NCBI GenBank assembly: GCA_964016885.1
Contig: OZ024741.1
Coordinates: 88,970,001-89,034,000 of the forward strand
Direction: 5' to 3'
Source: Eledone cirrhosa
Taxonomy: Eukaryota
DNA: 64,000 nucleotides
Part shown: positions 29,801 through 42,233 of the stretch, in pieces
Layout: each line of letters starts with the position of its first letter
How positions within the stretch are numbered: the first letter of the stretch is position 1
The notes under the pieces: generated by a model
What the model was told of the DNA's origin: nothing
The model's input: the letters and a program-made list of their open reading frames with translations, nothing else
Database searches by the model: none
Position numbers and translations under genes: made by a program

Positions 29801-29865
29801 CCGAAATACGATTCTCGCTGAATTTATATTTATATATATATATATATCGTCGTTTTAAGATCCAC

Positions 29866-29935
<70 letters not shown>

Positions 29936-30249
29936 AGAGGGAGAGAGAGAGAGTGAACGACAATTACAGTAGTATCAACAGGCGAGCAGATCAGATAATA
30001 TATACAACAATATCAAATATACTTGGATCAGATGGTAATCAACTTGAAAGGGTTACGTGTATATTGTCATACCCCATCCTCCATTATAGCGTTAAAAGCC
30101 GACGATAGACACCGTTTCAAAACGTCTGCTTTGTTAAGATAACTACATAATCATTTATGGGGCGTCCATCATAAATTCATAAATGAACCTAGTTTTTAAC
30201 TTCCACGTCTATTTTCTCTTTCCGTTCATATCCTATTGCTTCGCTGGAA

Positions 30250-30450
30250 TGGGACTCTGTCGGTTTCGATTTCGACTATGAGTGTTCCGGTTGTTTGATC
30301 AACGGAACAGCCTGCTATATGAAATTAACGTGCACGTGGTTGAGCATTCCATAGGCATGTGCACTCTTAATATACTTTTCCAGGATTTCCAAACAGTTTC
30401 AGTCAGCTTTTATTTCACTCACGAATCATATGTTACTTGCTCAAGATGCT
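30250..30450 (+). mobile_element. SINE family B fragment (related copies ~45330-45500, 54330-54575, 55170-55420 minus, 57545-57622 minus)
   Basis: Shared gatcaacggaacagcctgct..gaaattaacgtgca..gtggctgagcattcca-like body. Confidence 0.7.
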
Positions 30451-31237
30451 ACGCTGTTAGATCGAACACAGGACCTAATGATTGCGAAGCAACCTTCTTA
30501 ACCATTTGACTATACAGTGTCTAAAGCTGACGTCACAACTCTTATTGAAAATACACAATTAATCTCCGGCACACATCAGGATGAACTTTTTAGGAGTGCA
30601 CCGCTCAAAAAGAAAAAAAAAATCTCATATTCATAAAAGACATTGTTTTCTTGAATCCCCTGCCGTCCCATTTATTTTATTTTTATTTTAATCTATTTTA
30701 TATATTTATTATTCTTTATAATTATTAATATTAGTATTGAGGTTCTTTCAAAATACTTGTGATGTCATAAGTAATTAATTGACCTCTCTCAAATTACACC
30801 AAGTACTTCGCATGTTTGTTTGGCTATTGGCCACTTGTAGATATCAAATGAAATCCAATGCCTTGCACTATTGTTGTTAAAAACATTGAGTCAGTTGGTG
30901 ATGTGTGCCTTATCCTTTGTTGACACACACACACAAAAAGTAAATGAGCCGATCGTTTGATCGGACTAAGGAAACAATGTTTCCGTAAGTCTTTACATTG
31001 CTGATACTATGTACCGGTTGCAATAACTTGCAGAAGTAACATGAAATAAAGTGTTTTTCTCAAAAACATAACGCGCCAACCAGCCGAGGAACCCACGAAC
31101 TTATGATCGTAAGTCTAATACTCTAACCACTAAGCCACGCGCTTTGCTTAATACTGACTAAAGTGGAATGAGGAGTGAAGAAATGAGTTCTCTTATTTCT
31201 TTTCTATTATAAGTTGAGCCAACTTATGCAGCTTCAT

Positions 31238-31410
31238 ATGCAAATGAGATTAATCACCTCATTTACACAGACGAGAAAACTATATATTCTCGGCTGTCTT
31301 CTAGTCCAGATGTCGCAAGCGGTGGGAGGGATCGTACTGACGAAGGCCAGTTAAGACTGAAATGCATAGACGGTTGTCCCCCTTGCTTCTGCTGGACATC
31401 ACCAGATAGA
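31238..31410 (+). mobile_element. HHR element fragment with upstream octamer and TATA-like motif
   Basis: ATGCAAAT 31238, TATATA 31281, then atcgta-CTGACGA-...-GAAA-tgca-TA-gacggt at 31331-31374. Confidence 0.7.
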
Positions 31411-32669
31411 TAGATAGACAGACAGACAGAGAGAGATACGCATACATACATGCAGGCAGGCATGCATACATGCATACATACTTACACTCATGAACAGATA
31501 TTTTACATGTATGTGTATGTGTTTGTATGTATGTGTAGTATGCATATGTTGTGTGTATGCGCGCGCGTGTATATGTGTGTGTGTGTGTGTGCGTGTGTGG
31601 CGTATTGTTTTGCAGTATACTTTAGAAAATTGTGCATCTATTACGTTCGTACCTCGCTGAAATATCTATTACATTCTTTCAGGCGATGTTCTGTGATGCT
31701 CGGCGGCGACGGCGGTACCTATGGTGGTGGTGGTGGTGGTGGTAGAGACTTACTGCTGAAGGTATGTGGGTGGGGGTATATTTATTGTTTGGTAACTGCT
31801 TATTTAAGGTTACCTTTCAAAGGTTAAACCGCACCGATAAATTTAGGTTTGTGGTGGGTAGAGGGTAAGTGCAATACTGTATGAGTGCGTGTAGGAGGGT
31901 GTGTGTCGGAATGGAGATGCATTGAGGGTGAGAAGTTGAAGGGAGGGTATCCAATAGCAACGAAGATTATGACATTGAAAATAACAAGAGCCTGACTTTT
32001 AAAGGCAATCTTTGTTTAGGCGGGTAAATAATAAGAGAAAGACGAGGGTAAAATATAGGGACAAACCACTTCCAATCTACTAAAAACCCAAGAACTCCAC
32101 AGACCCCACCCTTCACACACTTCAACCAAACAAACATCTAACGTGGGTAAGTTAATACAGGGAGGGAGGGGGTAAAACATTTGATGGAATCACTATGTTA
32201 ATCGACTCTATCCCTAACTCCAACGTCGTAATACCCTACCGTACACATGGTGCCTTCTTCGTTTTCTTTTCTTAAAGTGCAACGATAACGAAAGAAGCTG
32301 TCTTGAAGAAACAAAAGATTGTGTACGGTTGAAGTTTCAACAACAGTCGTGGTACTCATACATTAATCTGCTGAGAGCTCCCGTATGTTTTTCTCTGTTC
32401 CGCTTGCAAACTGAATTCCTAGAATTCTCAGATAAAATTTGTTTCTTGTCTATAAACCTCCTTTCCAAGGTCACTTATATAATGTTAAAATATACCAGCG
32501 ACTCAAGTTATTCAGAGTTTAATTTAAGGAAATTTTAGAACCACAAACTTTTGAGACAGATGACATAACCTGAGTCCGAAAAGCATTTGTAATCACTATG
32601 TTTAACATTTTAATAGTATTAGAGTCGTTAGAACGTCGGATAGAGAATGCTTTGCGGTATTCGTTTCCA

Positions 32670-32997
32670 TTAGGATTTAGCTTCAGGCATAGCTGTATAC
32701 AGATATGTATAGAAATTTCGTATTTCTAAAGAAACACGGTATGTTTACAGGTAAACATTTAGAAAGTCGTAGCTATGCAAAAAACACTGGGACTAACGCC
32801 CTCTGGTGGTGTCCAGCAGAAGCAAAGGGGATACTCGTCGATGCATTTCAGACTTAACTGGTCCTTATCAGGACGATCCCTTCCCAGATGAGAAAACTAT
32901 ATAGTCTCGACTGTTTTCAAGTCCAGCAGTCTCAAGTGTGAAGTACGAAATTTCTATACATATTTGTATACAGCTATGCCTGAAGCTAAATCCTAAT
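32670..32997. mobile_element. Fold-back copy of the 31238-type family with a decayed HHR (32835-32876, minus)
   Basis: Terminal inverted taggatttagcttcaggcatagctgtatac arms; minus tcgtc-CTGATAA-ggac cagttaa gtct-GAAA-tgca-TC-gacga. Confidence 0.7.
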
Positions 32998-33015
32998 TAT
33001 ATATATATATTATAT

Positions 33016-33071
<56 letters not shown>

Positions 33072-33075
<4 letters not shown>

Positions 33076-33450
33076 GTAGGAAAATGTAAAAACTCGGCGT
33101 TAAGGAAGCTGTTAAAACAGCAAAATGTCGTCGAAACGGCGTTGGGTAAAACATTATACCTCGACGGACAGAAATCAGAGGCTCGAAGTGAGTTGGCTTG
33201 AAGAATTGATATGAAGGCAGAAACAGAATGTTTGTGATCTCTCCTCAGCCATTCTGTTTCTTCCTTCATATCAATTCTTCAAGCCAACTTACTTTGAGCT
33301 GCTGATTTCTGTCCTTCGAGGTATGTTTTACCCAACGCCGCTTCGACGACATTTTGCTGTTTTAATAGCTTCCTTAACGCCGAGATTTTCTATTTTCTTT
33401 ATGAATTCTAATACAGTCGCGTTTCAAAACTCGATATCCGAGTTAATTTT

Positions 33451-33455
<5 letters not shown>
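33072..33455. repeat. Imperfect fold-back element (~150-bp arms) between TA tracts
   Basis: About 33080-33230 pairs with 33250-33397; short unique tail; no HHR core found. Confidence 0.8.
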
Positions 33456-33500
<45 letters not shown>

Positions 33501-33771
33501 GGAAAAGAATGAAACGAAATTTCATTTCTCACTCTTAGTACGGCTGATACATAAATGTAAGTATGTATGTATACGTACATACATATATGTATACACACGT
33601 ACAGTAGTATGTATATATATATACATACATGCACACATATATATATATGTACGTATGGGTTTACCGAGCATTTATTATAATGTTCGGTTTGTTTGTAAAC
33701 AAACAGCCTGAATTACGCCGTACAGTGTTCAGGCAACCATCGTCGCCTTTTTGTTCAACACTGACACAGGA

Positions 33772-33814
33772 ACGATATACTAGTTTCAAGCTTATTAGCT
33801 ATCGTCAGTATCGT
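33772..33814 (-). ncRNA. Type I minimal hammerhead ribozyme
   Basis: acgata-CTGACGA-tagct aata agctt-GAAA-ctag-TA-tatcgt. Confidence 0.9.
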
Positions 33815-34205
33815 ATACCTTCCTGCCAGATGATTGAACGTCTGAAAGTATATACTTTCCTTATGCATATTAACGGCTGAGCAGCCTAATTTGCATATCG
33901 AGTGAGTTAGTCGGCCGGGCACACCGAAAACGATAAATGGAAAAGAATGAAACGAAATTTCATTTCTCACTCTTAGTACGGCTGATACTTAAATGTAAGT
34001 ATGTATGTATACGTACATACATATATGTATACAGACGTACAGTAGTATGTATTAATATACATACATGCACACATATATATATGTACGTATGGGTTTACCG
34101 AACCTTTATTATAATGTTCGGTTTGTTTGTAAACAAACAGCCCGAATTACGCCGTACAGTGTTCAGGCAACCATCATCGCCTTTTTGTTCAACACTGACA
34201 CAGGA

Positions 34206-34248
34206 ACGATGTACTAGTTTCAAGCTTATTAGCTATCGTCAGCATCGT
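34206..34248 (-). ncRNA. Type I minimal hammerhead ribozyme
   Basis: acgatg-CTGACGA-tagct aata agctt-GAAA-ctag-TA-catcgt. Confidence 0.9.
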
Positions 34249-34252
34249 ATAC

Positions 34253-34319
<67 letters not shown>

Positions 34320-34320
<1 letters not shown>

Positions 34321-34778
34321 GTCAAAGGGCAAAGGAGCTCTTAAGAGTCAATGGCCATCCAAAATCACCGGGAGAGATGACCCCTTAGCCTTTGTGAAGG
34401 CAGAATTCTAGGAGAAGGAAAACTCTGATATAATACCTGCAACCCTGATGGTATCCAATGATGTTGACTTGTTCTTCTTTTGGGTAAATATCATCTTGGT
34501 TAAGAGAGTGGGACTGGCTTTGTGCAGTGCCTTTGATCACTATAAAAGCTTCACGGCACCGGCATTGCTTTATATCTGGAGATCTCTCTGCACTTGTCGT
34601 CACATGGTACCATGGGCCCAGCACTATGTGTCAATAATTGTCACAAGTGTAGTGTTTGTACCAGAGTTTTCAAGTCGCTGGCTGGACTAAAGTCACACTC
34701 GTTCAGTGCATCGGTAGAGGTTCTCCTACATGGATATAAAGTAGTGGCCGTACTCGAAAACGAGTTGGCAGCCACCAT
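34320..34778 (+). mobile_element. Copy of the putative RTE-derived non-autonomous retroposon
   Basis: Reverse complement of ~19688-20085 plus an extra segment encoding CSVCTRVFKSLAGLKSH. Confidence 0.72.
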
Positions 34779-34809
34779 ATATATATACATATACAGAGAG
34801 AGAGAGAGA

Positions 34810-34876
<67 letters not shown>

Positions 34877-35354
34877 ATGAGGCGTGACAGAGAATGAAAT
34901 CATTTTGTTATGTTGTGTCCACAACTGAAAAAAAGCCCACTGCGTGAAAAACCAGCACTAAGACAGGCTGACCGATAAGTGTTTATTTTAAGACAACTTT
35001 AGAGAACTACACACATCTTTCAAGCAGGAACCATGACCCAGTGTTTGATATTCTTTGAATCTGAGAAGCATTTGTGATGGTTATTTTTAACGTTTTGTTA
35101 GTGTTTTAATTATATTTTATATTTACCATCTAAGCGCTTGTAATATTTGACACGAAATATTAAATTACTGCACACAATTAAATTTAGAACTACACATACA
35201 GAGGTCAATTGAACGTTAAAATTACTACTGGCTGACAGTACATTCAAGTCCCTCTTGAAAAACTACCCCTTTGAATATGTGTATATACATACACATATAC
35301 ATACACAGACACACACTCACAGACGTTGTACGTTTGTACACACGCGTACAAACC

Positions 35355-35450
<96 letters not shown>

Positions 35451-35659
35451 TACTCTTTTACTCTTTTACCTGTTCCAGCCATCCGGCTGACGCCATGCTG
35501 GGGTCCGCCCTTGTTGCTACACATTTTATCTCCAGCCTGTATTGGTTGGCCACTGGTGCAAGAGGGAGTTTGTTGTTGCTGCTGCCCTTAGGTTTCCCTC
35601 GTGCCTTGCTGTGGGCTCATCTGGGATCCTGGATAGCAAGGGGTCGAGATGTTTCTTGA

Positions 35660-37448
35660 AGACATCTACCTCTACACCATGCAGATCTCTCAGATCCCTC
35701 GGCATCTTGTTGAAGAGTTGAGGGCCCTTGAACCCCAGGCTATTTTAATATCTGCTCCTTATTCTAGATGTGGAAGACGGGACCTTTGGCACCACACAGT
35801 GACGTCCTGTTCGACGGTTGGTCCAGCTCCCAATGCCAAAGTTTGGTGCTAGTCCCTCCAGGATTTTCCACATGTAGATCACTGCGTATCTCCCCGTCTT
35901 CGTTCCAAGGAGTAGAGGTTCAGTTCTTTTAGCCTCTCCCAGTAGCTTATCTCCTTCATCGTGGCAATCCTCTTGGTGTAGCTTCGCTGGATTGCCTCAA
36001 GCTCCGTGGTTAGTTTGACACTATGGGTGACCACAATTAGGAGCAATAGTCCAGGCGGCTTAGAACAAATGTCCTCCATAGTGTCAATATGGTGTCTCCG
36101 TCTCTCTTGTCCGGAAAGTCCTCAAGATCCAGCCAGTTATAGTTTTTGGCCTCCGCTTTGCTACCTCCTTTATGGATAGGGCATATTGTGCCTTCTTTCA
36201 GCTCCCTGGGTAGTATACCGCTAGCCAAAGAGCTTCTGAAGAGCATCTTCAGTGGAGTTGCTAAGGCTCGCTTACATGTTTTTAAGATTTCATCCTCCTC
36301 CGTTATGTCTATGTGGTTGATGGTCGCCATTTCTTCATGTTGTGCTGTGGCATCAAAGAACTCCTCTGGCTTTGTTATTTGCATGAGCCTCAGTGGACAT
36401 GTGAACACACTTTTGTACTGTTCGTTCAGTATTTCACATATCTCTTGGGGATTCTCGGTTAATGAACCGTCTGTATGGAAGAGTGGCCCAATCTTGCAGT
36501 ATGCCGAGGCAGTTTCTTTTGCAAATTTAAAGAAGGCCTTAGGGTTTGTTTTAATATTTTCTATGGCCCTGCTCTCTTTCTTTGCTCTCTCATTTTCATG
36601 GGAAAGTTTGAGTGCAATCTTGGTGTCAAGTAGTGCACGTTTCAAATAGGATTCCTTCTTGTTTTTGTTTTCTTGCTGTGCATTCAACTTGTTTGAGAGC
36701 TTGGTTCTACATCTCATAAGGAGTTTCTTATCTCTGGGAATAATATTTTTGTGTCTGTTTGCCTTTTTTTCCGGGACAAACTTTTTGCATATAGTGTGTA
36801 TCGTTTTCATGAAGAGTTGAAATTGTGTGTTGGTGTCTTGTGTGCCGGTGTTTTCGCTCAATATTTGCTTCCGGATTTCTCTCTTAATCTTTTTCCAGTT
36901 AGCCTTGTAGAAGTTAAGGCTGGATAACGTCCCGGTGCTTCTTGATGGTTGTGTCTCTGTTGGTTCTCTCGGACCACATATCATTAGTTCTACTAAGTTA
37001 TGATCCGAGAAAATTGTTGGTGTCACCTTTACATTGTAGATGAGCACTTCGTTGTTTGTAAAACAGAGGTCCAGGACATTTTCGCCTCTTGTTGGGAGGA
37101 GTACTGCTTGTCCCATGAACAGCCTGTGTGTGAGGGCCAGCAGGGACTCCGTCTGTCTCTGTTCTATTGACGTCATTCCAGGGATGAGGTGGCCCTCAGG
37201 TCATTTGACCTTTGGCAGGTTGAAGTCTCCCAGCAGTAGAATGTTGAGACCCTGGTCCAGTTTGTCAAGGACCTCTTCTATCCTACTGAGGCTATCGTCA
37301 AATTTACCCTCATGACTGGGGCCATCGGGCGGCCGATATGTGACACATATTACTGTCTTTAGTTGCTTCATATGTACTATCAGTGTATCACAGACTGAGT
37401 TTGAATGTGTCAACAGTACAATTGGTGTGACATCTTCACGGATATACA
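35660..37448 (-). mobile_element. Degraded CR1/Jockey-group LINE (APE endonuclease + internally deleted RT)
   Basis: YRPP, LLGDFNLP, PTRGENVLDL, SDHNLV (APE); PIHKGGSKAEAKNY joined to SRLDYCS and LEAIQRSYTK..LYSLERRR. Confidence 0.88.
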
Positions 37449-37450
37449 GA

Positions 37451-37495
<45 letters not shown>

Positions 37496-37787
37496 GCATA
37501 TATATATATATATATATATATACAGAGCATATATATATAATTTTAAAAGGTATCTATATTTGAAGTTCTAGTTAAACTTTAATTAGTTACCTACCTAGCT
37601 ATGTGTGCTTACACACTTTACAAATTATTCCCTGTGATTGTTTCATATGTTTATTTTATATATATATATGTCAATCTATATCTAGTTGATATAAAATGCT
37701 AGGATCTATTCATTGGAATCTTTGAGCTTATTCTGCAGTGGATATGGCGCATGTCTCTCACACATGACACCCTTAATTTAATTTTGG

Positions 37788-37819
<32 letters not shown>

Positions 37820-37863
37820 AATGACGAGCTGTGTTGTTGCAAATATGATATATATATAATAAA

Positions 37864-38588
37864 GAATTAGAAATAGAAGCCAGGACTATCCATCATCAGT
37901 GGTCTACTAGCAATCATAGGTATTTCTTCGCATTACAGACAATATACCTCCGGCTAGGGCAATATAATAACTAAATTAAGTTATTGGGATAAAAAGAGTT
38001 GGGTGGAGAAAGAGAGACAGGTAAACAAACATGAATGGTGAGGCAACGTAAAGAGAGGAAAAAATGAGAAAATCAAGTCAATGATTCATTTTGAACATAA
38101 GAACTTGCGAATATTGACGAGAAAGCAAAAGACACATCTTGGCCGTGCGAATGTGAGCGAGGAAAGAATTTCGTACGGTGTGGGACGATGGAGGAAGTGA
38201 GAGAGAGGGTGAGTAGCAGAGAGTGAGTGAGTGAAAGTGTGAGGAAGAGGCTAGCCGAGAGAGGGTGACTAGCAGAGGGGGTGAGTGAAAGTAAGAGGGA
38301 GAAGGAGAGAGAAAGAAAATAGCACTAAGGGAAGAGAAAAAGACAGGTCACAGCGAAGGGGAAAGCATATATGAATGAAAAATGGCGAGCTGTGTTGTTG
38401 CATATATGATCACCATTCGTGTTTATTTACCTGTCTCTCTTTCTCCACCCAACTCTTTTTATCCTAATAACTTAATTTAGTTATTGTATTGCCCTAGCCG
38501 GAGGTATATGGTCTGTAATGCAAAGAAATACCTATGATGGCTAGTAGACCACTGATGATGGATAGTCCTGGCTTCTATTTCTAATTCT
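37864..38588. mobile_element. Fold-back element with ~178-bp inverted arms (related copy ~42420-43000)
   Basis: 37864-38041 pairs with 38410-38588; purine-rich spacer; TA flanks. Confidence 0.8.
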
Positions 38589-38591
38589 CTC

Positions 38592-38708
<117 letters not shown>

Positions 38709-38778
38709 GTATATATATATATATATATAAAATAAAGTTAAATAAAAGTCAAATGATTAAAATTTAGCTTCGTTTATT

Positions 38779-38833
38779 ACTGCTATATATATTTCAGTGA
38801 CACCCATCTTTGGCTGTGACCTCTTCAGGCAGT
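38779..38833 (-). ncRNA. Type I minimal hammerhead ribozyme
   Basis: actgc-CTGAAGA-ggtcacagcca aaga tgggtgtcact-GAAA-tatata-TA-gcagt. Confidence 0.8.
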
Positions 38834-38992
38834 TTGAATTAGTATGCTATAGACAAGTACATATGTTGTTTAGGTGTATAATATTGTCAATACTCTGATA
38901 TGCCCAGTTCCTTGTTGGGTTGTTAATTCACTGAGGAACTGGAGTCATATGACTAAGTTGAAAATTGCAAACTTGACTGTCACCACATATTA

Positions 38993-39031
38993 TGAACCTG
39001 AAGATTGCGAAAGCATGAAAGTACTTGTTCA
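38993..39031 (+). ncRNA. Type I minimal hammerhead ribozyme
   Basis: tgaac-CTGAAGA-ttgc gaaa gcat-GAAA-gtac-TT-gttca. Confidence 0.83.
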
Positions 39032-39205
39032 ATTAACACTTAGAATTTAATATTCTATCATACTATTTCATTATAATACCATTATATATTTTAAAGGATT
39101 GTAAATAAAACGAGTAAATCAGACAAAGTTGGAATTCCTCTTATTAATATAATCTTCTATACACAATCATACACACCCGTGTATATTTACCTATCTATCT
39201 ATCTA

Positions 39206-39253
<48 letters not shown>

Positions 39254-39329
39254 TATATATATGTATATGTGTGTCCGGAATGATGCCGGTGTACTTAGTG
39301 TCACGAATGATCAGAAAAAGGAGGCCTGG

Positions 39330-41065
39330 AAATGTCATTGAGAGACTGATGAATGTGGAGAACGAATGGGAGAGAGAGAAATTACCCTTAGTAGATCCGA
39401 CAGAGGGACCAGCTATTGAGATTGACGAATATAGGGTCCAAGGGGCGATTAAGGAAATGAAAAATGGTAAGGCTGCTGGACCATCGGGAATAGTTGCTGA
39501 GATGCTGAAGGCATCATGGGACGTAGGCACTAAATTGGTTGCACGCATCATCAACCAGGCTATATATGGTGGTGTCATACCCAAAGGCTGGTGCAGCAGT
39601 ATTCTCATAAATTGCTACAAAGGTAAAGGGGTTGCTCTGGAGAGGAGCAATTATAGGGGTATAAAACTGATGGATCAGGTTATGAAAGTGGCAGAAAGGA
39701 TATTAGCACAACTAATTAAAGAAAGGGTCAAACTAGATGAGATGCAGTTTGGTTTTGTGCCTGGGAAGAGTACAACAGATGCCCTCTTCTTGGTGAGACA
39801 ATTACAAGAGAGGTTCTTGGAGAAGGCCTTTGATATAGTACCCCGATCTGTCATCTGGTGGTCCCTAAGGAAACTAGGTATTGAGGAATGGCTTGTGAGG
39901 ACAGTGCAAACTTTGTACAGAGGTGCTGTCAGTAAAGTCAGGGTAGGAATGGAGTTTATTCCAGATACAAGTAGGAGTACATCAAGGTTCGGTCCTCAGC
40001 CCGCTCTTGTTCATTATAGTCCTCCAAGCCATAACAGAGGAGTTTAAGACTGGCTGTCCATGGGAACTTCTCAATGCTGACGATCTGGTTCTTATAGCAG
40101 AATCAGTAGAGGAGCTAGAGAATAAATTCTGGCTATGGAAACAGCAGTTGGAAGCAAGAGGAGTGAGAGTGAACCTAGCAAAGACAAAAGTGTTGATGAG
40201 TAGAAAAGAGGACAAAACTCTGATTCCGCCAGGGAAATGGCCATGTTCGATATGCAGAAAAGGAACTGGCATAAATTCTATAAAATGCACACAATGCAGA
40301 TCCTGGGTACACAAGAGATGTAGTGGCATAGCAGGCAAACTAACAGGTAGGGAGAAATATGTATGCAGTAGATGTACAGGGAAATTAGACAGAAGTCGCA
40401 TTGATAGACACATTTTTTAAATGCAAGCGGGTGCTATAGAAGTGGTGGATAGCTTTCGGTGCCTAGGAGATCAGATTAGCATGGGAGGAGGGGTGTTCCG
40501 AGGCCATAGTATCTAGAATAAGGACGGGTTGCAAGAAGTTTAGGGAGCTGCTTCCTCTGCTGACGAAGAATGGTTTCTTCCTGCGTACGAAAGGCCGGTT
40601 ATATGATGCCTGTGTGAGGAGCGCGACGCTGCATGGTAGTGAGACATGGGCAGCAACTGCAGAGGAAATGCGACGGCTGGAGAGAAATGAGGCAAGCATG
40701 CTCCGTTGGATGTGCAATGTCAATGTGCGTGAACGACCCAGCATAGATGTGTTGAGAGAGAAACTGTGTCTGAGAGGGATAGAATGTAGTGTACGGGAGA
40801 GGAGACTGCGGTGGTATGGACATGTGATGCGCATGGAGGATGACCGATGGGTGAAGGAGTTCCAGGAAATGCCAGTTGAAGGAAGACGTAGAGGTAGACC
40901 ACGAAAAACATAGGCGGAGGTGGTGAGAACAGACCTCAGATCGCTGAAGCTCACGGTGGAGATGACGAAGGACCATGACGAGTGGAGAGATGCTGTGCTG
41001 AATAAGACCCGTCCCACCCTTGCAAGCAGGGAAAAGCGGACGTAAAATGATGATGATGATGATGA

Positions 41066-41069
<4 letters not shown>
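39330..41069 (+). mobile_element. 5'-truncated RTE-clade LINE (RT + PHD-like Cys domain), frameshifted
   Basis: MKNGKAAGPSG, NYRGIKL, QFGFVPGKSTTDA, KAFD, ELLNADDL, CSICRK..CTQCRSWVHKRC, RRLRWYGHV, GRPRKT; (GAT)n tail. Confidence 0.92.
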
Positions 41070-41104
<35 letters not shown>

Positions 41105-41927
41105 CATACAGTGGCGGACTGGTTCTAAAAATATTGGTTGCCAGGAGATGACCGGGGCCCACCTAAATATAGAATGCTATCATTTAATTTTTATAATGAA
41201 TAAATAACATTTTCGAAAAATACATAAGTGGAAACAAAACAGTGCAATCAAATTTTTGCGGGAAAATATCTTACCTTCTCCAATAAAAAATATTATGCAT
41301 TTTGCGAAATCCGGAGACTTTTAATAATGATCAGAAGTCGACCCTAAATATTACTAATAGTTTTAGGAAAGCCATCTTTTTAATTTTGCTTTTGAAAGTA
41401 GGTTTATAATTATCAATTTTCAATACACTTTTGTAGCTGTCCTGGTGGCCTAAATTTTCAAAATAAAATGATGTGGTGTCGTTCATGTCTTTCTTAATGT
41501 TATTGCTCCTACTTAAGGTCGACTTCTAAATCATTTGAGTGTTCCATAAACTACATCCTCATTTTGTTTCACATCTATCTAGACTACATTTTAACCTGTA
41601 ATCCATGTTTCATTTTTGCCCCCCCCCCTCTCTCTCTCTTTGTGTCTGTGATATTTGAATCTACTATGATGACCTTATTCCTATATATATGTTTTTGCAT
41701 GTTAGTTAGATTCAAACTTACAATGATTGGCATTATATATATATATATATATATATAGTATAAAAGAGAAAACACAGGTAAGCATTAAGAGAAGGATTTA
41801 ATCCAGGTATTTACGACCACAAGTTTGTAAGAATTCCGTTCAAAAATTGGATCACAATAAGCAATTTTTTGCTTCTCTAACTATATATATATATATATAT
41901 ATATGGCATATATATATATATATATAT

Positions 41928-41996
41928 AGCTGAAGATCCGCTAAGGTGAAACAATTGTTCTCGGTATGGTGAACTAACTGTTGTGTAACCACTTCT
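41928..41996 (+). ncRNA. Solo PLE 3' end with HHR core (related to 14774-14845)
   Basis: ag-CTGAAGA-tcc gctaa ggt-GAAA-caattg-TT-ctcggt followed by the shared atggtgaactaactgttgtg. Confidence 0.75.
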
Positions 41997-42049
41997 ATAT
42001 ATATATATATATATATAATTGTAATCTGAGTTTTTCGAATATTAATAAT

Positions 42050-42233
42050 TGTTTCTACTTTTGGCACAAGGCCACAATTATCCAGTACATTACTGGTACT
42101 TTATTTTATCGACCCCGTAAGGATGAAAGGCAAAGTTTACCTCGGCGGGATTTGAACTCAGAATGGCAAGGGCCGTAACTCTATGCGTCAAAGCATGGCG
42201 TTCGACCCTCTACCGATACTGCCAATCCACCGT
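42050..42233 (-). mobile_element. SINE family A with 15-bp TSD
   Basis: tcgaatattaataat at 42035 and 42236. Confidence 0.9.

Larger units (their letters stand above)
33496..34252 (-). mobile_element. 438-bp HHR-containing unit, ~1.7 tandem copies, in (TA)n
   Basis: ggaaaag at 33501 and 33939; HHRs at 33772-33814 and 34206-34248. Confidence 0.9.

Noticed and set aside
38520-38570. Permuted (type II) hammerhead GAAA...CTGATGA, also at ~42900-42940
   Set aside because: No UH cleavage triplet after a proper stem III and no stem II pairing.
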